Source: an uncultured Gammaproteobacteria bacterium
GTDB taxonomy: Bacteria > Pseudomonadota > Gammaproteobacteria > CAWCPV01
Assembly (NCBI GenBank): GCA_963797555.1
Contig: CAWCPV010000004.1
Location: forward strand, 64,001-128,000
Direction of reading: 5' to 3'
Length of the DNA stretch: 64,000 nt
Under the pieces are notes generated by a model. The model was given only the letters and a program-made list of their open reading frames with translations, made no database searches and had not been told where the DNA came from. Shown here piece by piece: positions 21,222 through 32,866 of the stretch. Numbering within the stretch: the stretch's first letter is position 1; every line of letters begins with the position of its first letter. The position numbers and the translations under genes were made by a program.

Positions 21222-21914
21222 TCACGCTTGCGCGCCCGCCGGCCTCAGCACCTGCACCCGGCGCATGGACCGGCGAGCCAGCCGTCTGTCGATGATGTTT
21301 TTCAGCGCGATGATTAGTCCCAATCCGATAAAAGCACCGGGCGGCAGAACCGCCAGCAGGAAGCCCCGGTAGTTCTCGATCAGGGTCACCGTCAGCCACT
21401 CCGTGCCGTGCCCGAACATGAGGTACGCATGATCCAGGAGGGTGCCGTGGCCCAAGACTTCTCGCAACCCGCCGAGCGCCACCAGTACGCCCGTGAAACC
21501 GAGCCCTATGCTGAGTCCGTCCAAGAAGGCACAGTCCACCGGGTTTTTTGAAGCGAACGCCTCGGCCCGCCCGATGACCGAGCAGTTGGTCACAATCAGT
21601 GGGATAAAGATGCCCAGGATCTTATAGAGTTCGTGCCAGTAGGCGTTCATCGCTAGCTCTATGGCCGTGACGAAGCAGGCGATGACCAGCACGAAGACCG
21701 GAATCCGCACCTCGGGCGGGACCAGATGGCGTATGAGGGACACCGTGACGTTGGTGCCGACCAGCGTGAGGGTCGTGGCGAGTCCCAGACCGAGCCCGTT
21801 GATCACGGTGCTGGAAACGGCGAGCAGCGGACACAGGCCGAGGAGCTGTACCAGCCCCGTGTTGTTGGTCCACAACCCATCCCGGGCGATGCGTGCGTAT
21901 TCCCCACTGCTCAC
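21222..21914 (-). CDS. rnfE: Rnf/Rsx electron transport complex subunit E
   Basis: [30 protein letters not shown] and operon position. Confidence 0.95.
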   Translation of the reverse strand: MSSGEYARIARDGLWTNNTGLVQLLGLCPLLAVSSTVINGLGLGLATTLTLVGTNVTVSLIRHLVPPEVRIPVFVLVIACFVTAIELAMNAYWHELYKILGIFIPLIVTNCSVIGRAEAFASKNPVDCAFLDGLSIGLGFTGVLVALGGLREVLGHGTLLDHAYLMFGHGTEWLTVTLIENYRGFLLAVLPPGAFIGLGLIIALKNIIDRRLARRSMRRVQVLRPAGAQA

Positions 21915-22558
21915 TGACCGGGCCTCTCGTGGTGGGGAGCGGCAAAAAGCTCATCGCGGTGGGACACGAAGTATTCTAGGGTTCGATGAACGGCGTTTAC
22001 AACCGCTCGGGGGGTGATGGTGGCGCCGGCGAATTGGTCGAACGCACCCCCGTCACGCTTCACCTTCCACTGCTTGGGTGGCGGATTCCCCAGCGAGTGC
22101 CCGTTGAACCCCAATATCCAGTTGGAGCGCTGCTCTTCGATGGCATCGCCCAGTCCAGGGGTCTCTTGGTGGGAGACCACCCGAACTCCGGCGACCACGC
22201 CGTCGTAGCCGACTGCCACCAGCAGAGAGATGGGTCCGCCGTAACCGTCCGGAGCGACCGGGGTTAGGATCGCGGCCACGGGCTTTCCGTCCTTACGCGC
22301 CCGGTAGACGGTCACCGGCTGACTGGTGCCCAGCGCCTGCGGCGCCTTCACCCGAACGGTGTCCTGGAGCAGATTGTTGTCGTAACGCTGAGGCGGCACC
22401 AACGCCTGGAGCTCCCGGAGCAACGCCTCACGCTGGTTTCGCACAATGCGTTCTTTGGTCGTCTCGTAGGTCGTCGCAACGAGACCCGCGCCGACCAGCG
22501 CGAACGCAGCCAGCAGCAGCGCCGTCTGCAGCATATGACGCAGCGCAGAAGCAGTCAC
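21911..22558 (-). CDS. rnfG: Rnf subunit G
   Basis: GYGG, ETPGLG and FMN site AGATITP. GTG overlaps the rnfD stop. Confidence 0.92.
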   Translation of the reverse strand: MTASALRHMLQTALLLAAFALVGAGLVATTYETTKERIVRNQREALLRELQALVPPQRYDNNLLQDTVRVKAPQALGTSQPVTVYRARKDGKPVAAILTPVAPDGYGGPISLLVAVGYDGVVAGVRVVSHQETPGLGDAIEEQRSNWILGFNGHSLGNPPPKQWKVKRDGGAFDQFAGATITPRAVVNAVHRTLEYFVSHRDELFAAPHHERPGQ

Positions 22559-23589
22559 CGCCCAGTATGACCAAACACGCGTGGCTGGGTGTAACGGTCG
22601 ATAGTGGGCGCGGCCATATTCATTAGCAACACCGCGAAGGCGACCCCATCCGGATAGCCGCCCCAGGTTCGGATGACGTACGTAAGCGCACCCACGCCGG
22701 CCCCGAAGATCAGTTGACCGTGTGGCGTCGAGCAGCCCGACACCGGGTCCGTCGCGATGAAGAACGCCCCCAGCATGGCCGCTCCGCTGAACAGGTGAAA
22801 GAGCGGCGAAGGGTGCGTGTCGGGATCCATGAGGAAGAACACCCCGGCGGCGGCAAACAGGGTGCCCAGCATCGCCGCAGGCACGCGCCAGGTGATGACC
22901 TTCCTCACCACGAGCCAGACGCCGCCGAGGAAGAACCAGTTGCCCAGCCACTCCCAACCCTTGCCGCCGAAGTCCCCGAACAGCGCGCTGGCGCGGATCT
23001 CGCTCACCGTCCGTGCCAGGCCGAGCTGCGTCTTCACCGTATCCAGCGGGGTGGCCATGGTCACGCTGTCCAGTGTGAGGCCCTGCGGGAGGCGGCCGGT
23101 GAGAATCGCGGCCAGGGTCTGCAGCGGATCGAGGGGGTGGCTGTTCAACATCTCGGGCGGTAGCCAGGCGGTCATTTCGCGCGGGAACGAGACCAGCAGG
23201 ACCACGTAGCCGATCATGGCGGGGTTGAAGGGGTTATGCCCCAGACCCCCATAGATATGCTTGCCGAACACGATCGCGAAGAGTGCTCCCAGTGCGGTCA
23301 GCCACCACGGCGACAGCGGGGGCAGCGCCAAGGCCAACAGCACGGCGGTCACGACCGCGCTGCCGTCGGTAAGATAGGAGTGCAAGGGACGACCCCGCCA
23401 GCGGAGAACCGCCGCCTCGGCAGCGAGAGCGGTGGTTGCCGCGATGGCGATGTTGATGAGCAAACCCCAGCCGAAGTAGAAGACATAGGCCGCGATGCCG
23501 GGCACCAGCGCAAGCAGCACCTGGCCCATTACCGAGGTCACAGTCGCGGGCCCGTGGATATGAGCCGAGCCGCCCGTCCCGAAGCGCAT
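22555..23589 (-). CDS. rnfD: Rnf subunit D
   Basis: GGLGHNPFNPA, FMN site MATPL, FIATDPVS and GYPDG. Confidence 0.95.
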   Translation of the reverse strand: MRFGTGGSAHIHGPATVTSVMGQVLLALVPGIAAYVFYFGWGLLINIAIAATTALAAEAAVLRWRGRPLHSYLTDGSAVVTAVLLALALPPLSPWWLTALGALFAIVFGKHIYGGLGHNPFNPAMIGYVVLLVSFPREMTAWLPPEMLNSHPLDPLQTLAAILTGRLPQGLTLDSVTMATPLDTVKTQLGLARTVSEIRASALFGDFGGKGWEWLGNWFFLGGVWLVVRKVITWRVPAAMLGTLFAAAGVFFLMDPDTHPSPLFHLFSGAAMLGAFFIATDPVSGCSTPHGQLIFGAGVGALTYVIRTWGGYPDGVAFAVLLMNMAAPTIDRYTQPRVFGHTGR

Positions 23590-25175
23590 CAGTCGACCTC
23601 GGCGCCGCGTTCCTCCCCGGCCTCCCGCGGGGTACCGGTCTCGCCCTGCCGCCGCGCTTGCGCACGAGCCAAGGCAGCCTGGATGACCGCCTTTTTCCCC
23701 TCTTGGTCCACACCGTCACCGAGCTGGGCTTTCTTCTGGGCCATGCGCGCCGCCCGGTCGGCCTTCTCCCGCTGCAGCCTTTCCTGGCGCAATTCGAATC
23801 GCCGGCGCGCGAGATCCGCCTTCTCGCGCTCGCGCTCCAACGCCCAGATCTCGGACTTGGCGTGGCGGTAGTATTGCACCAGGGGGAGGTTGCTGGGGCA
23901 CACATACGCGCAGCAACCGCACTCGATGCAATCGAAGAGCTTGTAGTCCTGCACGGTGTCGAAGTCCTTCGCCCGCGCGTACCAGTAGAGCTGTTGCGGC
24001 AGCAGCCGGACCGGGCAGACCGCCGCACACGCTCCGCAACGGATGCACGGCAGCACCGGGCGCGGAGCCGGCAAATCTGTGGCCGTGGCGGCGAGAATAC
24101 AGTTCGTCGTCTTGACCACCGGAACCTGATCGCTGTGCAGTGCGATTCCCATCATGGGTCCACCCATGACGAGGCGCTGGATGCGCTCGGTATCGGCGGC
24201 GCATTGGTCCAGCAACTCGGAGACGGGCGTGCCCAGGAGCACATCGAGATTCCGCGGCTCCGCGACCGCCCCGCCGGTCACGGTGACTACCCGCGAGACC
24301 AAGGGATGGCCGCGGTTGACCGCGCGGTGTATTGCCGCTGCGGTCCCGACGTTGTGACAGACGACTCCAACGTCCGCCGGCAGCGCCCCGCTGGGCACCT
24401 CCTTGCCCGTCAGCACCTTGATGAGCTGCTTCTCGCCGCCCGCGGGATAGAGGGTCGGCACAGCGACCACTTCCACCTCACCCGCAACTCCTTGCTTGGC
24501 TACCTCGGCGCTCAATGCTTCAATAGCGTCCGGCTTGTTGTCTTCGATCCCGATCACACAGCGCCGCGCACCGAGGACATGGCCCATCACCTGAGCACCC
24601 GACACCACCTCCTCAGGCCAGGTGCGCATGAGCATATCGTCGCAGGTGATGTAGGGCTCGCACTCCGCCCCGTTCAGAATGAGCAGCCCGACCTCTAGGT
24701 CGGGACCGGGATTGAGCTTGATGGAGCTGGGAAAGCCGGCCCCGCCGAGTCCGACGATGCCGGCCTCCCGGATGCGGTTCCTCAGGACGCCAGGATCTTC
24801 TCGCCTGAAATCGGGCACGGGCTTCGCTTCCACCCACTGATCGAGGCCGTCCGGCTCGATCAGGATGCATGGCGCGCTTAGGCCGGAGGGATGCGGAACC
24901 GGGTACTCGCCGACGGACACCACCCGCCCGGACGTGGGGGAGTGTGCGGGCACGCTGACGTACCCTCTCGCGCGGGCGACGATCTCCCCTTTGAGCACCC
25001 GTTGACCGGCCTGGACGACGGGCTCGGCGGGCTCTCCAATATGCTGCTGCAGCGGCACCATGAGGCGGGGCGGAAGGCGCGCCGGCACGACGGGAAGGCG
25101 CGTGGATTCCTCCTTGCGTGCAGGCAGATGGAGGCCGCCCGGGAAGCCCCAAAGCCTAGGCTGCATCCACGGCAT
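23589..25175 (-). CDS. rnfC: Rnf subunit C
   Basis: [29 protein letters not shown] and CIECGCC..CP. Start is 25175 or 25166. Confidence 0.93.
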   Translation of the reverse strand: MPWMQPRLWGFPGGLHLPARKEESTRLPVVPARLPPRLMVPLQQHIGEPAEPVVQAGQRVLKGEIVARARGYVSVPAHSPTSGRVVSVGEYPVPHPSGLSAPCILIEPDGLDQWVEAKPVPDFRREDPGVLRNRIREAGIVGLGGAGFPSSIKLNPGPDLEVGLLILNGAECEPYITCDDMLMRTWPEEVVSGAQVMGHVLGARRCVIGIEDNKPDAIEALSAEVAKQGVAGEVEVVAVPTLYPAGGEKQLIKVLTGKEVPSGALPADVGVVCHNVGTAAAIHRAVNRGHPLVSRVVTVTGGAVAEPRNLDVLLGTPVSELLDQCAADTERIQRLVMGGPMMGIALHSDQVPVVKTTNCILAATATDLPAPRPVLPCIRCGACAAVCPVRLLPQQLYWYARAKDFDTVQDYKLFDCIECGCCAYVCPSNLPLVQYYRHAKSEIWALEREREKADLARRRFELRQERLQREKADRAARMAQKKAQLGDGVDQEGKKAVIQAALARAQARRQGETGTPREAGEERGAEVD

Positions 25176-25713
25176 CCAGCCGCTTCTCTGGATCAGGCCA
25201 TCTCCAGGTCTCCACGTCCGTCTTGACGGCTGCCATGTGGATGCAGTCCACCGGGCATACCGGCATGCACAGCTCGCAGCCAGTGCACTCCGAGGCGATG
25301 ACGGTATGCATCTGTTTGGCCGCCCCCAGGATAGCGTCCACGGGGCACGCTTGGATGCACAGCGTACAGCCGATGCAGAGCTGCTCCTCGATCCAGGCCA
25401 GCATGTCCGGCTTGTGCGTTCCGTGCTCGGCGCTGAGCGGCTTGGGGTCACGCCCCAGCAGGTCAGCCAGTGCCCGGATGGTGTTGTCGCCCCCGGGCAC
25501 GCACTGGTTGATGTCCGCCTCCCCGCTAGCGACTGCCTCGGCATACGGTTGGCAACCCGGGTAGCCGCACTGCCCGCACTGGGTCTGCGGGAGCAGCCCG
25601 TCGATCATGCCGGCGACCGGGTCGCCCTTCACCCGAAAACGCACCGCCGCGAAGCCCAGCAGGCCGCCCAAGACGGCCGCCAAGGCGGTAAGGGCCAGCA
25701 GCGCCGCCAGCAT
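25156..25713 (-). CDS. rnfB: Rnf subunit B
   Basis: [14 protein letters not shown] and two 4Fe-4S ferredoxin motifs. Confidence 0.95.
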   Translation of the reverse strand: MLAALLALTALAAVLGGLLGFAAVRFRVKGDPVAGMIDGLLPQTQCGQCGYPGCQPYAEAVASGEADINQCVPGGDNTIRALADLLGRDPKPLSAEHGTHKPDMLAWIEEQLCIGCTLCIQACPVDAILGAAKQMHTVIASECTGCELCMPVCPVDCIHMAAVKTDVETWRWPDPEKRLDAVDAA

Positions 25714-25718
25714 GCCTA

Positions 25719-26300
25719 TCAGCCTCGGACCAGGCCCGAGAAACCCATGAACGCAAGGGACATCAGCCCTGCGGTGATCAGCGTTATGGGGGCGCCCACG
25801 AAAGGCCAGGGCACGTCGGCCGCCGCCAGCCGTTCGCGGATTCCTGCAAACAACGCGAGCACCAAGGCGAAACCGGCCGCGGCTCCGAAACCATAGAGAG
25901 CCGATTCCACGAAGCCGTGCTGCAGTTGAGTATTGAGGAGCGCCACACCCAGCACCGCGCAGTTGGTGGTGATGAGCGGGAGGAAGATGCCCAGCACTCG
26001 ATATAGCAAGGGGCTGGTCTTGTGCACGACCATCTCAGTGAACTGGACTACCGCCGCGATGACGAGGATAAAGGTAATGGTCCGCAGGTAGTCCAAACCG
26101 AGGGGCATGAGCAGGTACTCGTCCACGAGATAGCTGCACACCGACGACAGGGTGAGGACGAAGGTGGTTGCCAGGCCCATGCCCGTGGCGGTCTCCACCT
26201 TGCGGGAGACCCCCATGAACGGGCAAAGCCCCAGGAACTTCACCAGCACGAAGTTGTTCACCAGAACCGTGCTGATGAGGATCAGGGCGTATTCTTTCAT
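25719..26300 (-). CDS. rnfA: Rnf subunit A
   Basis: [11 protein letters not shown] and [12 protein letters not shown]. Confidence 0.95.
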   Translation of the reverse strand: MKEYALILISTVLVNNFVLVKFLGLCPFMGVSRKVETATGMGLATTFVLTLSSVCSYLVDEYLLMPLGLDYLRTITFILVIAAVVQFTEMVVHKTSPLLYRVLGIFLPLITTNCAVLGVALLNTQLQHGFVESALYGFGAAAGFALVLALFAGIRERLAAADVPWPFVGAPITLITAGLMSLAFMGFSGLVRG

Positions 26301-26634
26301 GGGAACGCGCCGGCATACGTTCGAGCCGAGACAGGCTCACCGGTCATGGCGATATTCGCCGCCCCCCAATGTGAAAACGGGTTCCGCCGCCATGACCGGT
26401 CGCCTAACCCCGCACGTCCCGTCCCTCAGCGCCGGACTCGCCTGCCGAAGACCGGAGCGATCGTTCCCTGCTCCCTCCGGCAGAACAGCTACGGACGAGG
26501 CGAATGAGAGACACAAAGGGCACCTGCGGCGCATTCTCACGGTACGGAATAGTATGCTGTCCCCGCCGGTTCAGGACAACCGCATGCCAAGCCAGGGAAA
26601 GCGCCGACCCCGACCGCTCGCGTGATTGCTGCGG

Positions 26635-28750
26635 CTATCTGATACGCAGCCCCGGCACCGCCCCGGGATCGGGCCCAATAAGCCACAGGTCTTTCCCCCC
26701 TGGGCCCGCCGCGAGGACCATCCCCTCGGAGACTCCGAAGCGCATCTTGCGCGGTGCCAGGTTGGCCACCAGAACCACCAGCCGCCCCTGGAGGTCCTGC
26801 GGGCTGTACGCCGAGCGGATACCGGCGAACACGTTGCGGGTCTCCCCGCCGAGGTCCAGGGTCAGCCGAAGCAGCTTGTCGGCCCCCTCGACATATGCCG
26901 CCTTCACCACTCGGGCAACCCGCAGGTCGACCTTGGCGAAGTCCTCGTAGCCGATCTCCCGCAAGGACAGGCTCTCCCGGCGCCTGCGCCATGGCCTCTT
27001 TACGGGAGGCAGCCTCCTCCCGAGCAGCCGCGAGCATCGCCTCGACCTGCCTGCCCTCGATGCGCCTCGCGAGGTGCTCGTATGGCCGGATGACATGGTC
27101 CGTGAGCGGCGGGCTCGAAGCATCCGCCCACGTGAGCGGAGGGATGTCCAGGAACGCCTCCACCTTCTCCGCCATCTTCGGGAGCACGGGCTTGAGATAT
27201 AACGTCAGGAGCCGGAAGGCGTTGACGCCGATGCTGCACACGACATGCAGCTCCTGGTCTTTCGACGAATCCTTGGCCAGATCCCAGGGTTTGAATTCAT
27301 CGATGAAGCCGTTTGTCAGATCGGCCAGACGCATGACCTCGCGGAGCGCCTTGCCGTACTCGCGCATTTCGTAAAGCTGGGAAATATCCGTGCTTCGCTC
27401 ACTGATCTCCTCCAGTACCTCGACCCGCTTTACCGCCCGCGGGACTGCGGCCAGCCGCTCGCCTCCCAAGGGAGGGCTGGCCAGGCGGTCCAGGTGTTCT
27501 GGTATCCCTGGGCTTTCGAGGCTGGGTGCCAGCCGCCCTTCGAAACGCCTGGTGATGAAGCCCGCCGTCCGCGCTGCAATGTTCACGTACTTGCCCACCA
27601 AGTCGCTGTTCACCCGAGCGGCGAAGTCGTCGAGGTTCAGGTCGATATCCTCGACCAAGGGGTTGAGCTTCGCGGCGAAGTAATAGCGCAGGTACTCGGG
27701 GTCGAGGTGGTCCAGGTAGGTGCGGGCCCGGATGAAGGTGCCGCGCGACTTGGACATCTTCTCTCCGTTGATGGTGAGGAATCCGTGCGTGAAGATGGCA
27801 TCGGGCTTGCGAAACCCCGCCCCCTCCAGCATCGCCGGCCAGAAAAGCGCGTGGAAGTACACGATGTCCTTGCCGATGAAGTGATACAGCTCGGTGCCGG
27901 ACTCCCTCCCCCACCACTCGTCGAAGGAAAGATTCAGGCGAGCGCACAGATCCTGGAAGCTCGCCATGTAGCCGACCGGCGCGTCCAGCCAGACGTAGAA
28001 GTACTTGCCCGGGACGTCCGGGATCTCGAAGCCGAAATACGGCGCATCCCGCGACACGTCCCAGTCGCGCAGACCTTCCTGGAACCACTCCTCCAGCTTG
28101 TGGGCGACCTCCGGCTGCAGATGCCCGCCGTGAATCCACTCGCGCAGCATAGGAGCAAAAGCCTGCAGCTCGAAGAAGTAATGCTCCGACTCCCTCTGCA
28201 CCGGTGGAGCGCCGGACAGGACCGAGACGGGGTTCTTCAGATCCCAAGGCGAGTAGGTCGCACCGCATACCTCGCAGCTATCTCCGTACTGGTCTCGTGC
28301 TCCACAGCGCGGACACTCCCCCCGAATGAAGCGGTCCGGCAGGAACATCTCCTTGATCGGGTCGTAAGCCTGGGTGACGGTGTGCGTGGCGATGTGGCCT
28401 CCGTCCCGCAGCCGCTGGTAAATCAGATACACCAGTTCGCGGTTCTCCGGGGAGTGGGTGGTGTAGTAATTGTCGAACGCGACGGCGAAATCCTCGAAGT
28501 CGGCCCGGTGCTCGCGACCGACCCGTTCGATCAGTTCCTCCGGTGAAATGCCGTCTTGGGCGGCCCGCAGCATGATGGGCGTACCGTGGGCGTCGTCGGC
28601 GCACACGTAATAGCACTCGTGGCCGCAGAGCTTGTGGTAACGGACCCAGATGTCCGTCTGGACGTATTCCACCAAGTGACCTAGGTGGATGGGCCCGTTG
28701 GCGTACGGCAGCGCGCTGGTCACCAGTATCCTGCGGGGAGTGTCGGCCAT
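26635..28750 (-). CDS. metG: Methionine--tRNA ligase, extra G near 26959 before the C-terminal tRNA-binding domain
   Basis: [13 protein letters not shown], zinc knuckles, KMSKS. The Trbp111-like domain ([24 protein letters not shown]) is in a shifted frame ending at 26635. Confidence 0.95.
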
Positions 28751-29164
28751 CGTCGTGGAGGAGATCCCGTCAAAAGTTGTTAAATTATCACCGAGCAGGC
28801 GCGGCCGCCAATGCAGCCGGATAACCCTGGGGTCCGCAGTGGCACTGGGCGACGCTAGACCGCTGACCGTCGATTCAGCCAGCGACCCCGCAAGTCCCAG
28901 GTGGCCGAATGCCACGGGGGAAAGACCATAGTCGCGAAGCGTGCGGTCGTGAATACTTTGTTTCTCTTGGCGCGTACTGGCCACAAGGCGGCAGCACGGA
29001 GCACCGAGCCTTGACCCGACAGGAATGTCCAGAAGGTTACATCGATCTCGAACGACGGTTTCGGGACTTTTCTGACGCGGAGAGCCCGGAGGACGCCTTC
29101 GTGAGGAGTTACCTCGCCGCGGCCAGGGAGGCGAAGCCGGTCTAGGTGGAACGAGGAAGTACAG

Positions 29165-29394
29165 ATTCCTCCCGGCGGGGCCTATGGCGCCAAGGTCGCT
29201 ACTGCCGAGCTTGAAACGCATGGGTTCAGGATCTGGCCGACCAGATCGATGAGCTTTGGCGGGTGACTGCGGGGCATGCGCTGCACATCAAAGTCACGGT
29301 GGAGTTCGGGGAAGCGGGCAAGGTTGATCAGCCGGTGGTCGGTGGGGTCCATGCCATCCTGAGCAGGGTCAAACCCGGGTGGAAGGTGAGTTGA
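29165..29394 (+). pseudogene. C-terminal remnant of a larger protein, resembling DUF499-family ATPase C-termini
   Basis: Start-less frame ..[52 protein letters not shown]. The resemblance is from memory only. Confidence 0.4.
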
Positions 29395-29582
29395 ATGGAC
29401 GTTGAGAGGCAGACAAGGCCTGATGTCTATGGACGTCCGGGGAGTCTTTTGCATGACCCCGGTTTCGCGAGCGCGACCCTGGCGCGCGCATGTACCCGCT
29501 TGACGGCAGGATTGAGAGTGCCCGTTGGACAGAGAAACGACGACTAGAGTTGACTATATGATGCAGATATAAGCTTTCCAGC

Positions 29583-29611
29583 TTGACAATGTAAAATCAC
29601 TCACCGATAAT
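29583..29611 (+). promoter_or_regulatory. Sigma70 promoter of the island operon
   Basis: TTGACA-17 nt-GATAAT in an AT-rich patch, 70 nt upstream of ATG 29681. Confidence 0.75.
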
Positions 29612-29680
29612 GCAGCAACGGATATGCTCGCGAGCTGGCACTTCCGCCCGCGGCCCAACCGTCAGTTCACAGGTCTCCAT

Positions 29681-30256
29681 ATGGCGGAAAACGAGACGCT
29701 GGACCTACGACAGACCCCGCGCTGGAACCACGCCAGGCAGTTGCTGGAACGGGGTGCTTCGCCCGAGGAGGTTGCCGCCGAAGTCCGCCGCTGTCTCCAC
29801 TGGACGCTCAGGCGCTTGGGGGAGCTGATGCCGATGCCGCTCGCGGATCTCATTCGGTGCGCCGCCGCAGGCGATCCGCGGGTGGCTGCCATGGTCCGCG
29901 AAGCACGGAAGGCGCGCGACTATGTTCAGATCATCGAACGACTCGGAAGTTTCTGCCGTGACGACCCTGAGGCGCTCGCTCGCCGCGTCATCGGCACGAT
30001 CGCCGGACGCTTCTTTGACCAGGAATGCGAGCGCCTCGTCCCGAGTGAACGTCTGCCCACGTTTCAGGAGTTCGAGCGGGCGAGGCACGATATCGAGACG
30101 CGCCTGGCGGCTCCCATCAAGGCGCTCGCACGAGAACTGCTGGAGCATCCCGAGCGTTCGCATCGGATGCCGGCTTCGCTGAAAAAGGCGCCAGATGATG
30201 CCTTGCGGTCGACACTCAGCATGTCGCTCTTGGCCGAACCAGCGAAACACGGATGA
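29681..30256 (+). CDS. Hypothetical alpha-helical protein, in the QatB position upstream of the QueC-like gene
   Basis: 191-aa ORF whose stop overlaps the next ATG (ATGA). An alternative start exists at 29624. Confidence 0.7.
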   Translation: MAENETLDLRQTPRWNHARQLLERGASPEEVAAEVRRCLHWTLRRLGELMPMPLADLIRCAAAGDPRVAAMVREARKARDYVQIIERLGSFCRDDPEALARRVIGTIAGRFFDQECERLVPSERLPTFQEFERARHDIETRLAAPIKALARELLEHPERSHRMPASLKKAPDDALRSTLSMSLLAEPAKHG

Positions 30257-31606
30257 GCGCGAGGACCGCGACATATCAGGTCACGTATGACCCGCATTCG
30301 CCCCTGAGCCCCGATGTCGTGGGAGCAGCGGTGCGTTATCACCTGGACGAGGAGGGCTTCAGCCGGCGTCTTCTGTCGCAGCCGGCCGCTCGCCTCCAGG
30401 ACCTCCTCCGCATCGCTATGGGGATTTATGCGGTAGACCGACGGGAGAAGCGGTCGTACCGCTCGACGTGGGCGGGACCATCGAGGGACATCACGGTCCA
30501 GATTCAGGTTGAAGATCTCGGCTTTTGGTCCGACAAGCAGGTCGCCGGGCTGATTCAGGACATCGTCAGGTTTCTCAGCGATGACTTCTGGGATGTCTCC
30601 TTTATTCCTCGCACGGGCAAGGGCCGCTCCCGTGCCGAGTTCCTGCCCTTTCCGAGCGAGTCTGATCCCCTGGTCTGCCTGTACAGCGGTGGTCTGGACT
30701 CGGCCGCTGGACTCGCCAACCGGCTGCGCCAGCACCAAGGACCAGTTTACGCGGTGACAGCCGCCCACCGCCCGGAGCTGAAGGGGCGGTGCGAACGGCA
30801 CGCTCGGACGCTGTCGGCCCACTACCGCCGGAATGGTTCCGGCCGCTTCATCCACCACCCTACGCAATCCCCCGCGGATGGCATACCAGGAGCTGAGCCA
30901 ATGCTGCCGGGCTTTCCTGTTCACCACGCTCGGGGCCGTGACCGCCATCGAACACGGGGCCGAGAGGGTCGAGGTGTATGAGAATGGCGTCGGTGCGGCC
31001 AACCTGCCGCCCATGACGGGGATGTGGGTTGGGGGACGCAGCACCAAAGGCTGTCATCCCCACTTCCTTCGCCTCATGGGTGAGCTGGCCAGCCGGGTTG
31101 CCGAGCGCAAGGTTGGCTTCGTACTGCCCTTCGCAGACAGGACCAAAGCGCAGACGGTCCATACCCTAATAGAAGACGGCCTCGAGCGACTCGCCTTCGA
31201 TACCGTGTCGTGCGTGCACCATTCGCCCCGTGTATCAGGCGGCAAGCAATGTGGGACCTGTTTCGCCTGCCTAGGTCGAAGACAATCCATGCTGACAGCG
31301 GGATTTCAGGAGCCGGCGGGAGCGTACCTGTACGACCTCTTCGGTCCGGAGGCTGGCCGCGTCCCTGGGTCGTACCTTCACGAGCTGAAGGCCACCCTGA
31401 TGCAGGTGGACCAACTGCGCTGCATCACTTCGGAAACAGTGCTGCCCGAGCCCTTGCGGCCGTGGCTCATAGGAACCCATGTCGTCCGCGACGTGTCGGA
31501 GGTCCGCCCATGGCTGGCCGCACTGGCCCGCTATCGCGACGAGTGGCTGGCTCTGGCCGAGCGCTGTCGGCAGGAAGGTGCAGGCTGGCCGCGGTGGCTG
31601 AATTAG
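30253..31606 (+). CDS. QueC-like (QatC-type) PP-loop ATPase, one-base frameshift near 30831
   Basis: N-terminal DLL..A..YAVDR..R extension, SGGLDS, ELSQCCRAFLF, ENG, STKGCHP, T.SC and CGTCFACLGRR zinc site. Span is 3n+1. Confidence 0.85.
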
Positions 31607-31635
31607 CGACTACGACACCAACGAGAACCATCGGC

Positions 31636-32859
31636 ATGGCTCAACCGTCCAGCGTAGACCGTCACACGCTCGCGCAGCGGCTCCTTCAGGCTCGCAAGGC
31701 ATCCGGGATGACCCAGGAGCAGGCGGCGCAACACCTGGGATACAGCCGCCCCACCTTTATCGCGATCGAGAAAGGCAGCCGTTCGGTCACGCCGGAGGAG
31801 ATCGTCAAGCTCGCGGCCTTGTATCAGCGCAGCGTCCACGACCTAGTCCGTTCGGGACCCACCGCGGCGCCCTTGGAACCTCACCTGAGGGCGGCGGCCG
31901 CCGCTGTTGGCCAGGAGTCCGCCGAGCTCGAGGAGGCCATCCGCGTCCTGCAAGGATTCGCGGATGACTACCGACAGCTAGAGACTCTCGTGGGCGCCGT
32001 CGGACCGCGAGAGTTCCCTCCCGAGGTCGCCCTGTCCTCTCGAGTGCCGATCCGGGAGTTCGCGGAGGATATCGCCATTCGCGAACGAGGCCGTCTGCAC
32101 CTGGGCGATCAGCCTGTCCTGGACCTTCGTTCGCTGGCCGAGGAAGCAGGGGTGCACGTGTTCTATTGGGAGATACCGTCGCCGATCGCGGGCATGTACG
32201 CGTTCGTCCCGGACTTGGGCTACTGCATCCTCATCAACCGCAAACACCCTCCCGAGCGGCGCCGGTGGACCCTGGCCCATGAGTACGCTCATTTTCTCTG
32301 CGACCGGCACCGGCCGGGCATAGACTTCCTGGCCGAGTCCAAGCGCAAACCCCTTAACGAGCGCTTCGCCGACGCGTTCGCAGCGGCTCTACTGATGCCC
32401 GAGACCGGGATACGACGGCACTTTCTCGTCGTGACTGCTAGCACGGACGACTTCCAGACAGCGGACTTGTGCCGGTTGGCGAACACCTATTTCGTTTCGG
32501 TGCAAGCGATGGCATACCGCTTGGAGGACCTCGGCCTCCTTCCCAAGGGGGCATGGGAGGTGTTGCTGGAGCGTGGCTTCAAGCCCACCCTGGCGAGGCA
32601 GACGTTGCGGTTGGAGGCACCGTGCGCCGAATCCGGTGACGCCGTCCCGGAGCGGTACCGCTACCTCGTAGTTCATGCCTATGTTCAGGAGAAGATTACC
32701 GAGGGTCAGCTCGCCGGGTTCCTGCGGACGGACCGTGTCTCCGCTCGTGAGATGGTGCTCGCCGCCATGAGTGCTAGGGAGGTGGACAGCCAAGGTCGCG
32801 AGCAACTCCTGGAAATTCCCCTGGCACGATCCCTGTTCAAAATCGCCCCCGAGGCTTGA
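31636..32859 (+). CDS. XRE-HTH + ImmA/IrrE (M78) zinc metallopeptidase
   Basis: RL..AR..GMTQEQAA..SR..IEKG HTH, RRWTLAHEYAH, E..ADAFAAALLMP, and VS..A..YRL. Confidence 0.92.
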   Translation: MAQPSSVDRHTLAQRLLQARKASGMTQEQAAQHLGYSRPTFIAIEKGSRSVTPEEIVKLAALYQRSVHDLVRSGPTAAPLEPHLRAAAAAVGQESAELEEAIRVLQGFADDYRQLETLVGAVGPREFPPEVALSSRVPIREFAEDIAIRERGRLHLGDQPVLDLRSLAEEAGVHVFYWEIPSPIAGMYAFVPDLGYCILINRKHPPERRRWTLAHEYAHFLCDRHRPGIDFLAESKRKPLNERFADAFAAALLMPETGIRRHFLVVTASTDDFQTADLCRLANTYFVSVQAMAYRLEDLGLLPKGAWEVLLERGFKPTLARQTLRLEAPCAESGDAVPERYRYLVVHAYVQEKITEGQLAGFLRTDRVSAREMVLAAMSAREVDSQGREQLLEIPLARSLFKIAPEA

Positions 32860-32866
32860 ATGCGGC

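Noticed and set aside
26537-27000. Programmed frameshift or novel C-terminus in MetRS
   Set aside because: There is no slippery heptamer, and it has the same GG-to-GGG pattern as the other apparent errors.
30253-31606. Housekeeping queC for queuosine synthesis
   Set aside because: It is about twice the canonical length, has QatC-type motifs, and has no queD or queE neighbours.
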